Source: Spizellomyces punctatus DAOM BR117
Lineage: Eukaryota
Reading direction: 5' to 3' (one strand)
Assembly (NCBI GenBank): GCA_000182565.2
Contig: KQ257471.1
DNA: 64,000 nucleotides
Below the pieces are notes generated by a model. It saw only the letters and a list, made by a program, of their open reading frames with translations. It did no database searches and was not told the origin of the DNA. Position numbers and translations under genes: made by a program. Positions 9,373-18,411 of the stretch are shown here, in pieces. Each line of letters begins with the position of its first letter. The first letter of the stretch is position 1.

Positions 9373-10626
9373 TCAAACCACGGTAACAACAGCACCAATG
9401 GAAAGCGTAACATTCTCGAAATAGTTGGTGACCATGCGCACCTTTTGCGTAGGTGCCATTGCATGAGTTGTGTGCACACGAAGCAAACCGTCACTGCCTG
9501 TAAAACTCAATGCCGCCTGACTGCCTTCATCCTTGCTGGCAAAACTCCATCCAAATGAAAAGGCTTTTGAATCATAATCTGCGAATGACATATCCATCTC
9601 CCCGAGTTGGTCAAAGTTGTTATTTGATAACTGTGTGACCAGTAACGTTTGATTATCAGATGGGCTATGGCTGAACCCTTGCGTTCCACTTGGAATGGTA
9701 AGATTTGGCCCCAGTTGAATACGCCACTCGCGTAGCCCTTGTGAAGAGTACATTAGCGCCTTATCTTTCGTCTGGTCATTGAGAACATCATCGTCCACAA
9801 ACGACATTTCGATCCCTTGAAGTGACCTTACACCACTCATATGAAGCAAAAATGTATTCCGGTTTCCGCCACTACATGCGTTTTCCATTTGGGTTGAGCG
9901 CACATAGTCATAGAATATTGGCTTTCCATCACTTATAGCACGTGTTGAATTGATGACGCTGCTTGGTGGTGGTGTAACATACGAAATTAAAGTTCTGATA
10001 TTCGATACTCTTATCTCTCCAACTCCAGCCGATGTAAAGACGGTTGAAGGATCCGCAAGCGTGATTATGATTTCGAGTGCTTGATTTGGAAGTGCCCAAA
10101 CAGGGAAGAACTGGTCATTTGTCGGATGAAAGAAACCCACAAAAGGGTGATGGTTGATGGAGATGGTACTCGATGTTGCAAAGATATTGGTGTTTCCATA
10201 TCCGGAAAGTTGGCTCAACAATTTCTTACTACCGGCAGATAGATTGCGGTATGTTTGTACTAGATAAAGAGGATAGTTTGGTATGTTAACAACTGTTTCA
10301 CCTCCTGCTTTGATGGTCAATGATTGAATAATGGATTCCAAGCCAAGATACATGTTTTTAACACCTGTACCAGGAGTTATCAGGTTCCCTGCATTATCGT
10401 ATGCAGAAACATCCATTGACAGAATTAGTTTCTGCAAAATGAAAGAGACCGAATTCGAGTCGCAAGTGATCTTAATCGGAGTCAGGTTTCTTGACTTTGT
10501 CGTATATGTACTTTGACCTATCGGAGAATAGATTGACACCCCCTCACCGCAAGGATCGGAGTAACTTTTGGCGAAGGAATTGGTTGAGAAGATCCAGTTA
10601 CGTGGTACAGCAACTTCTTCTGACAT
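9373..10626 (-). CDS. Major capsid protein (double jelly-roll, PLV type)
   Basis: 417 aa, beta-rich; ESIIQSLTIKAGGETVVNIPNY resembles the PLV/virophage MCP N-terminal motif; near penton and ATPase. Confidence 0.8.
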   Translation of the reverse strand: MSEEVAVPRNWIFSTNSFAKSYSDPCGEGVSIYSPIGQSTYTTKSRNLTPIKITCDSNSVSFILQKLILSMDVSAYDNAGNLITPGTGVKNMYLGLESIIQSLTIKAGGETVVNIPNYPLYLVQTYRNLSAGSKKLLSQLSGYGNTNIFATSSTISINHHPFVGFFHPTNDQFFPVWALPNQALEIIITLADPSTVFTSAGVGEIRVSNIRTLISYVTPPPSSVINSTRAISDGKPIFYDYVRSTQMENACSGGNRNTFLLHMSGVRSLQGIEMSFVDDDVLNDQTKDKALMYSSQGLREWRIQLGPNLTIPSGTQGFSHSPSDNQTLLVTQLSNNNFDQLGEMDMSFADYDSKAFSFGWSFASKDEGSQAALSFTGSDGLLRVHTTHAMAPTQKVRMVTNYFENVTLSIGAVVTVV

Positions 10627-10684
10627 CTTTGTTTACTGATTGCAGGAAAAAAAAAATGGAAGATTTTTCAGCCAAAATACCACC

Positions 10685-11197
10685 ATAGTTGTCCTCCTCA
10701 ACATTGTCCTCCTCAAAGAACGGTGATCTAGAGTCAAAGAATGGTTCATCATCACCGAATTTCAAAATTATGCTCTTTTTTTTAGATGGATGTATTGCTG
10801 CTGGCTGCGCCTTTGCTGCTGGTTTGGATCTCTTGCTCCTAGTTGGTGTTGCCTTCTTTCCTCGCTTTGTGTTTCGTCATTCTTCCCTCGCCAACTGCTT
10901 CTGTTCCTTCTCCTCTTCAAGGATGCGTTTGGCCTCATCGATCCTCCTTTGTTTATCCTGCTCCTTCCGTTCCTTCTCGCATTTTGCTTGCATTAGGCGC
11001 AATTGTTCAGCCCTCGCTTTCTGCGCCTTCTCCAATGCAGCCCGTTGCTTGTCCGTCATCGGGCGTTTCACCTTTTGCTTTGGAGGCTGTTCTGGTATAA
11101 TTTCTGCTTTTTGAACAGGTGCTTGTTCAGCGGATGTTTCTACATTCTCTTGTGGGACGGCACTCGATTCTTGATGATTTTGATTTTGCTCTTCCAT
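10685..11197 (-). pseudogene. Small basic coiled-coil protein, interrupted by TGA at 10877-10879 (3' end approximate)
   Basis: KRPMTDKQRAALEKAQKAR motif; the frame continues past the stop (RNTKRGKKATPTRSKRSK...FFEEDNVEEDNYG). Confidence 0.55.
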
Positions 11198-11223
11198 TGT
11201 TTTCTTACTCTAAGAAAAAAAAA

Positions 11224-11943
11224 TTAAACATCCACAACATCATCTGTAAATGCAAACTGAACGGTTAACGGACTGTTGAGTGAAACTTCCAAACCGGTCA
11301 TCGAGTCAATAAGATAGAATTCGATTTTGGAGATAGTATCATCAACAGGGAGCCATTCACCACCATCGTTAGTCCATGTGACTACATCACCGAAACTATC
11401 AGGGACAACCGCAGCAATTACGGATTGGGCGGAATCATTGAAGTCACTGAGGAAACGGCTTCCTTGGACTTGGATGTTGCTTGTGACAAGCATTGGATAC
11501 GAACCGGACAAATTGACAGCATTCTTCAGTGTGATAGTCTTGTAATATCCCGTTTCACTCCATCTTGACATTCCTGTTAGAAGATAAGAGGATGTTCCTC
11601 TCGAAGCAGCAAGAACTTTGTAGTTCTTGCTACCAGATGTGGAAAGTGTCAATCTCCTCGTAACAGAGTCATATGTGGCATTGTAGGCTTGCGTCCCGGC
11701 TGAACTCAATGCTTGAGCAACTGCATTTGGAAAATTAGCGATGCTGTAATTACCATTAGGTATTTTCGCAGATAAGATGGTTGGATCGCCTTCTTCAACA
11801 AAATTAATCGTGTTATTAGAATCGTTGACCAGATCCCAATCTTGAAGGAAAGAAACCAAGAGAACCTTCATCATTTCCATCCTCCAAGGAGGTATTGAGA
11901 ATGATCGAGATTTTAAGGAGCAGTATGTCACTTCGTTAATCAT
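11224..11943 (-). CDS. Minor capsid protein (penton)
   Basis: 239 aa; VNDSNNTINF...IPNGNYSIANF...YDSVTRRLTL pattern typical of PLV pentons. Confidence 0.75.
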   Translation of the reverse strand: MINEVTYCSLKSRSFSIPPWRMEMMKVLLVSFLQDWDLVNDSNNTINFVEEGDPTILSAKIPNGNYSIANFPNAVAQALSSAGTQAYNATYDSVTRRLTLSTSGSKNYKVLAASRGTSSYLLTGMSRWSETGYYKTITLKNAVNLSGSYPMLVTSNIQVQGSRFLSDFNDSAQSVIAAVVPDSFGDVVTWTNDGGEWLPVDDTISKIEFYLIDSMTGLEVSLNSPLTVQFAFTDDVVDV

Positions 11944-11984
11944 GATATTTCCTTACCTTTATGTAAAGACAAAGGAAAATTTAA

Positions 11985-12689
11985 ATGTCCTATAAACCAC
12001 GCCCAATCTTTCCCGTAGGGAAAAAGAAGAGAGATCCTCGTGTTCCACATGACCTGGCATCACTGCCTCTATGTACAACTCTTGTCGCTCTGAGGAAAAG
12101 TGGTAAAAGTGCATTAGTCTGCGGTCTGATTGAGGATGTCTATGCTAAATTACACGATCGAGTCATTATCATGTCCGACACAGTCGAATACGATGCTTCT
12201 GTGAAGGTACTGGCTGAAACCACAAAACATAAAAATATCTACTTTACAGATGAGGTTTCCAATGCATCCATTGCTAAAATTGTAGAAGAACAGAAGAAAA
12301 TGCCTGAGAAGTCACTTCTATTATTCATTGACGACGCTGGTGATTCTGCGCAAAGTAAAGAACTCAACAAGGAGTTATCGAAACTCTATACAAAAGGGAG
12401 GCATTTCAATATAGGAAATATTGTAGCCATCCAGAGTGTAACCGGACAACTTTCACGTAAAATGAAGAACTGCACCACCGAGTGGGTGGTGTTTAAAAAC
12501 AATGCAGAAGACATGAAACTTTTAGCAAAGTTACTTGCTTCCGCCTACAAAGATGATAAAGAAGTTCTAACATTTCTCACCGAGTGCACCAAAGAACCTT
12601 ATTCGTTTGCCTACATCAATAGAGATGCTAGTGATGCTAAAGGAATGTATCGTTACTGTGACTCCAGCGGGTTTCATGATTACTTTTAG
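11985..12689 (+). CDS. A32-like FtsK/HerA genome-packaging ATPase
   Basis: Walker A ALRKSGKS, Walker B LLFIDD, GRHFNIGNIVAIQ motif. Confidence 0.92.
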   Translation: MSYKPRPIFPVGKKKRDPRVPHDLASLPLCTTLVALRKSGKSALVCGLIEDVYAKLHDRVIIMSDTVEYDASVKVLAETTKHKNIYFTDEVSNASIAKIVEEQKKMPEKSLLLFIDDAGDSAQSKELNKELSKLYTKGRHFNIGNIVAIQSVTGQLSRKMKNCTTEWVVFKNNAEDMKLLAKLLASAYKDDKEVLTFLTECTKEPYSFAYINRDASDAKGMYRYCDSSGFHDYF

Positions 12690-12790
12690 TTGCTGGCATT
12701 GGCACTCCGTACCGGGTGCTCGAAGAGCACTGTTAACGCACGTGGAGCGTGCTTTACCGGCATGTTTTTAAAGCTGATCTTATCGATAAG

Positions 12791-14077
12791 ATGGAGGAAA
12801 GGAAGCCTAACTGGAAAGATATAACATGAGAAGATGAGCAGCATTTAAAGCAGCTCTACTATAGAGAGCATGCTTACATGGGCAGAGATCGTTTGTACGC
12901 GCTTTACAAAGCAAAGTACCCAGAGAGCGAGATTTCCCAAAGGACCTTGTTAGCATGGTTGAAGACCAACCAATTTGGCAGCGTTGGAGTCGTCCCTTGA
13001 CCANNNNNNNNNNNNNNNNNNNNNNNNNNNNNNNNNNNNNNNNNNNNNNNNNNNNNNNNNNNNNNNNNNNNNNNNNNNNNNNNNNNNNNNNNNNNNNNNN
13101 NNNNNNNNNNNNNNNNNNNNNNNNNNNNNNNNNNNNNNNNNNNNNNNNNNNNNNNNNNNNNNNNNNNNNNNNNNNNNNNNNNNNNNNNNNNNNNNNNNNN
13201 NNNNNNNNNNNNNNNNNNNNNNNNNNNNNNNNNNNNNNNNNNNNNNNNNNNNNNNNNNNNNNNNNNNNNNNNNNNNNNNNNNNNNNNNNNNNNNNNNNNN
13301 NNNNNNNNNNNNNNNNNNNNNNNNNNNNNNNNNNNNNNNNNNNNNNNCAGGAGCCCTCAAACCAATGGACAGGTAGAAAGGATGAATGGCATGATAAAGC
13401 GAGCGCTATTCATGGGGATGCGTTTAGGAAATAGAGACTGGGTGAGTATGTTGCCACAGATTGTAGAGAACATTAATTCCACAGTAAGTTTTGGCAGTGG
13501 TAAGAAACTTCGGATGGTACAAGAGATGGAGGCAGATGTTCAAGGAGCGGCTCAAGCCCAACGTGCGCTTAGGACTAAAGGAAAGGGTGTGAAGGTACTA
13601 CCTCCATTCAATGTAGGTGATGTTGTCAGAAAGTACATATCAGGTCAAGGGACGGATATAAAAAGGCGTGCTAAAATGGGTTACTTTTCTGAAGAGAAGT
13701 ATGAGATAACAGCCGTTGTTCCTAATCCTCACCCTAACTACATGAACTCTTATAAAATCAAATCTGTCAATACTAATCACATACTGCCAGGTCTATATCC
13801 GGCTTGGCAATTGCGTCTAATTCCTAAAGAGGATGCCGCTGGGGAGGCTCCGCAAGTTGAACCTGAGATTGAAGATGATGAAGAGGAAGTACCAGAAGGT
13901 GAGTATGAAGTTGAAGCATTGTTAGATAAAAGAACACGTCGAGTCGGTGGAAGACAAGTAGTAGAATATGAAGTATTATGGAGAGGATATGACCGTGATC
14001 AGTCAACTTGGGAGCCGAGAAGTGAACTTATACGTAATGCAAGAGATGCAGTAAATGATTATGAAAATAGTCACTAA
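12791..14077 (+). pseudogene. Retroviral-type (rve) integrase with C-terminal chromodomain; disrupted, core in an N gap
   Basis: ATG 12791, early TGA, HAYMGRDRLY N-domain, apparent frameshift near 12965; after the gap SPQTNGQVERMN, FNVGDVVR and chromodomain EYEVEALLD...YEVLWRGY...STWEP. Confidence 0.85.
13004..13347. other. Assembly gap (N run)
   Basis: Run of n. Confidence 1.
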
Positions 14078-15075
14078 TTCCTAGGCTGTTCTACAAATGA
14101 CTTGAACAGATTGTAATAGCGCTGATGAACAGCATAGGTATGACCCATCCTACGTTCGATTTCCTTCTGATAAGCGTGATCTCCATTATCCCTTTCAGAA
14201 AGATGCATCCCCACTGAAATTCGAAGGCGTTTCTGTGTTACACGCTTTCCAAACATTCGTTCCATAGCATTACTAAATTCGTCGCTATACCAGGCATCGG
14301 TTGGAATACTTCCATCAGGTTTTAGAAAAAGACGATCCTGTCCATTGCCCTTTCTGACATTTGCTAACATGTTAACATATGGTTGAATGGTGTTTCCCAT
14401 CTGAATGAGGACATTCTTTTCACCAGTCTTATTGCATTTTCGGATGAAGACAGTTTTCCCTTCATTGTTCACCATAACATTAGCGTCTTCACTAATCATC
14501 GCTTTGAAAATATCGCATCTACGAATTTTATCTGCATCCAGGTTCATCCCAAGAGCAATTAGAAATTGATGCTCCACTATATTTCCCTCATTGATGAATG
14601 TCAAAGCGACTTTCAATCCTGCTAAGAGTTCGCTGTAAGGGACATAATTGGCGATATCTTCCTGGGTCATCTCTTGGGATGCTGCTTCATTTTTTGACTG
14701 TTTGAACCTTTCGAATGTCACATTCTTGAAGTGAGAGTGGAATGTGTCTGTAAAATGACTGTCAAGGTCGTCCATTGCATCCTCTGCTAGATGAAGGATC
14801 ATTGCCTTTTCAGCCCTCGTAGCATTGCGTGCTATTTTTGACACCAATTTGATATAATTGTAATATGTATGCTCGTTTGTCCATTTTTCCTTGATCCTGC
14901 TAATGAGTATCTCAGGTGTTTGGAACAAGGAAAGAAGATTGTTGCCTTTGAGTTGATTTAGACGCGATTTATCCTGTTTCTTGGTGTTGGGTGACTGCTG
15001 AATCCTGTCAAGGATGGCATGTAGCGTTTCATATAGAGCCGACTCGGCATCAATGGGTTGGTGGTCTTGTTCCAT
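14074..15075 (-). CDS. Tyrosine recombinase (PLV/NCLDV type)
   Basis: IRRCD (R), NKTG (K), FGKRVTQKRLRIS (xxxR), MGHTYAVHQRYY (H...Y) in correct order. Confidence 0.82.
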   Translation of the reverse strand: MEQDHQPIDAESALYETLHAILDRIQQSPNTKKQDKSRLNQLKGNNLLSLFQTPEILISRIKEKWTNEHTYYNYIKLVSKIARNATRAEKAMILHLAEDAMDDLDSHFTDTFHSHFKNVTFERFKQSKNEAASQEMTQEDIANYVPYSELLAGLKVALTFINEGNIVEHQFLIALGMNLDADKIRRCDIFKAMISEDANVMVNNEGKTVFIRKCNKTGEKNVLIQMGNTIQPYVNMLANVRKGNGQDRLFLKPDGSIPTDAWYSDEFSNAMERMFGKRVTQKRLRISVGMHLSERDNGDHAYQKEIERRMGHTYAVHQRYYNLFKSFVEQPRN

Positions 15076-15176
15076 TTTCAGGGCTGATCTGTATTCTAAG
15101 GATAGAAGCCGGTTTACCTCTTATATAGACATTTTATTTCATGTTTTATCGATAGATTTTCTCCATCTATCGACCT

Positions 15177-15713
15177 ATGCCAGAACATGTTGTCCTTGAC
15201 ACTGAATCATCTATTGTAGATAAGATTTTCCCTCTAGTCGAACAACTGTACCGAATTCTTGCCAATGCTTCTGGGAAACCACCCACACCACCACCTGATG
15301 GTAAGACGATCAATATAATGTTAGCGGAAGATGAATCCATTTTAAGATGAATGTTTACGAGGTTCTGGAAGAGAGAACCTAATGTTACGGTATTCACAGC
15401 ATCTGATGGTATTGAGGCCATTGAACTCTTTAAAAAGCAACGATTTAATATCATTTTTGTTGATATCGACATGCCTTACAAAAATGGAGTGGAAGTAGCA
15501 CGTGAAATAAGACAGTATGAGAGGGAACACAATCTAGATCAAACGCCTATAATAGGAGTGTCTGGATTCACGGAGCGTCAGTACAAGGAACAGGCTTTTG
15601 CTGCCGGTATGAACAAATTTGTATCAAAAGGAACAGGGTATCAATTGAAAGATATTTACAGAATCGTTGTAGAATACTGTGGAGATCCACTTCGAGGCAA
15701 AACAGATCGATAA
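15177..15713 (+). pseudogene. Response-regulator receiver (REC) domain protein; one in-frame TGA at 15348-15350
   Basis: ATG 15177 in frame; IMLAEDE acidic pocket, ASDGIEA, IFVDIDMP phospho-acceptor Asp, PIIGVSG, AGMNKFVSK. Confidence 0.88.
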
Positions 15714-15736
15714 AAAAAAAGTATATAGTTTTTCCA

Positions 15737-15970
15737 TCAAGTATTTTTCGCTTGGATCATACATCCGTCCCAAGCTATAATGCTATCCTTCTTTGCTAAT
15801 GCTTTTGACCTCGTTATCATATATTCCCAGCAATAAAAGATGCGTTCCCCGATAGCGGGCTTGTCGTGAAGAAGTTTGACTTTGTTGCAATACGTTACAT
15901 ATGCTTCTTCACCCACTGTGGTACACCCGTGCTTCTCGCGGCTTTCTGCAAATTCATAGGCGCATTTCAT
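15737..15970 (-). CDS. Hypothetical small viral protein
   Basis: 77-aa ATG ORF, no motif. Confidence 0.3.
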   Translation of the reverse strand: MKCAYEFAESREKHGCTTVGEEAYVTYCNKVKLLHDKPAIGERIFYCWEYMITRSKALAKKDSIIAWDGCMIQAKNT

Positions 15971-16063
15971 TCGCAGATTATGTCCACGCGCAGCTATCCT
16001 TTGTGTACAGGCAACGATTTCTTTGAATTCATCAACAGTAGTAGCCCTTTTTGTCCACTCTTC

Positions 16064-17301
16064 TCATATCGTCTGCATCCGCATTTCATTCCGGTTCGAT
16101 TCTGTGCCGCCGTGCATCGAATTCAGAGGAGTTTCTTGCATTCGTGCCTCCACCGCGTCGCTGTAGATGAGCGCACTAAGGTCTCTCAAACGCGTTTGTT
16201 CAGCTTCCACCTGTGCATCACTGCGCTTGTTCGAGTGAGCTGAGGCATCCGGTGCAGGCGGTTGTGTTACGGGGGTTTGTTGTTCTTCTGGCGACGTCTC
16301 AGCGTTCCCCCTTTGGGGGGACGCGCTGGGGCGAAGCCCATCGGCGCGCTCCTTCGAGCGCTGTGAGCTGTGGTCTGTAGCCGTTGTGGGTTTCCTTGGG
16401 GGTGCTGTAGCTGTTGTGGGTTTCGTTGTGGTGCTGTAGCTGTTGTGGGTTTTCGTTGGGGGTGCTGTAGCTTGTGTGGGTTTCCGTTGGGGNNNNNNNN
16501 NNNNNNNNNNNNNNNNNNNNNNNNNNNNNNNNNNNNNNNNNNNNNNNNNNNNNNNNNNNNNNNNNNNNNNNNNNNNNNNNNNNNNNNNNNNNTGGGTGCT
16601 GTAGCCGTTGTGGATTCTGTTGCGGGTTGGTGGGCACGTCCACATTCAACACTGTTTTTCCACTGCCTGTTTCTCCTTTCGATCCATCTACCAATCAGAT
16701 CGTGCCAATTATTGATGGCCTGTGTCCACTCCGTTCGCCATTGCTGTTGTTGTTGGTCCCCCTTGTCCGGATGATAGTGTCGAAGGACATTCCTATGCGC
16801 GCGGCTTAATTCCTCCCGTGTGTTGGCTTTCATCTGGAAAAACCGAGCCAAGAAGTCCATGTTGGCATCGGTGATCTTTTTGCTTGACAATAGCGGCGGA
16901 TTGGCATCGTATTGCACTGGTGTTTGTTGGTGAGGAATAGCAAATTCTTCAGTGCCTCGACCAGCAGAAGACTGTCCACCACGCTGCTCGGTCGTCCTCT
17001 GTCGTTTCTTGGATCTCGTCCCCGGATCTGGTTGGACATCCGGTTCCTTGCGACGCTTGCCGTTTTGAGCACGACCAGTGGTGAGCTTGAACAGATGGTC
17101 GTAATGGGCAAAGAGGAGATCGTAGAGTGTGTTGTAAGAAGCACTCGGCACGGAGATGTCGCCTACATGGATGAGGTGGAATTTCTCTCGACACGTTTGG
17201 TGAACAGCATCTTCTACAAGGTTTGTGCTTTTCAGGGACGTCCGCACAGCCGTCGTTAGCTCATCGATCAGGGTCATTTTTTGTGGCGTTAGTATCCCCA
17301 T
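16064..17301 (-). CDS. J-domain (DnaJ, HPD) protein with Thr/Ala/Pro tandem-repeat linker; spans an N gap
   Basis: ELSRAHRNVLRHYHPDKGD...WTQAINNW; ATG at 17301; the C-terminal part is probably ORF 16064-16645, frame across the gap uncertain. Confidence 0.72.
16372..16620. repeat. ~30-bp tandem repeat inside the J-domain gene, with 100-N gap at 16493-16592
   Basis: Recurring GTGCTGTAGCTGTTGTGGGTTT units on both sides of the gap. Confidence 0.85.
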
Positions 17302-17613
17302 CGTGCGACAGGGGCTATATAAGCTAAAATTTTCGAATCGATCGATTGATGGGCACCACGCCACACCTCTGCGAACCTAAAAATGCAAAATTTTCGTGTT
17401 GCGTGACATGACGCATCTGTAAGCCACAAACCAATGAACCAGTACCATACGACCCTACCACCAGTAGGGTTGACTTTATGATCTATCTGTCTAGATTTTC
17501 GTGCACCAATGCACGGATTTTTATGGGTCTTTACATAAGCAGCTCTTTTTACTTTGATCTATCTGGAACGAAAGACGTCACATTTAAAAGCTGATTTAAT
17601 GTCAATATACAAC

Positions 17614-18030
17614 ATGTCCGGAAATCCCAGAGAAAGACCGTGTCGTGACTGCTTAGAGGTGATCCCTTGGGTGGCTCGACATATCAGATGTTTACATTGC
17701 TACATCAAGTACAAGGAACTGAAGTTAGCAGAAGCCATTGATCACTTCATGCGTCAAGATGATTCTGATTCTGAGTGACACCTTAACAACGCAGTGAAAA
17801 ATCACATTCCTGTCATCTTCGATTGTGGGCATCATGTCTGCGCAGAGTGTTTTGTCAACTGCTACAACTCAAACGAAGAGAATAGCCGCAGGTGTCCTTC
17901 CGAGCAAATGATTTCAACTTGTGGCATCGATCACCTGGCAATTCATCAATGGATTCACCCCTCCTCTAAAGTTACACCGGTAACCGAGGAGCATCATTGC
18001 CATGATAAAATCACCATTCATCATATATAG
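17614..18030 (+). pseudogene. Zn-finger/RING-like protein split by TGA at 17776-17778
   Basis: CRDC, CLHC, then in the same frame after the stop CGHHVCAEC...RCP. Confidence 0.5.
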
Positions 18031-18411
18031 TCCAGTCCTTTCTTCTAAGACATGCTTCAAACCATAGGATGTGCTTTTTGACATACTTCGGTGTACCCGA
18101 AACACCTTTGGAATTAGTTGTATCCCCCTTTCAATGTTAGATATATTGAACATCTTCACATTATCTTCTAAAGTCGGTCTTTCTTTTGACGGCTTTCTCA
18201 ACGATGTCCCAGCAAGTTCATTCCCAAATTGAGTTAATAATACATTAGAAGGAAGCCTCGACAGTACATTCTTGATTTCATCTAAGGTTACCATTTCGAT
18301 GCTTTTTTGTATGTTTATAAAAGCTCCCAGAAAAAAAACATTTTGTGCGTTTATTGCATTTTTCTCAATAACTGCAATTATTGCATTTAGGAACAGCGAT
18401 AAAAATCTCAA
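17914..18411 (-). CDS. Hypothetical protein with SYGLKH motif (true start probably the internal MVTLDE)
   Basis: STSYGLKHVLEERTGLYMMNGDFIMAMMLLGY, a motif I recall from uncharacterised viral/phage proteins. Confidence 0.6.
   Translation of the reverse strand: MRFLSLFLNAIIAVIEKNAINAQNVFFLGAFINIQKSIEMVTLDEIKNVLSRLPSNVLLTQFGNELAGTSLRKPSKERPTLEDNVKMFNISNIERGIQLIPKVFRVHRSMSKSTSYGLKHVLEERTGLYMMNGDFIMAMMLLGYRCNFRGGVNPLMNCQVIDATS

Noticed and set aside
12950-13434. ORFs made mostly of X
   Set aside because: Artefacts of the N gap
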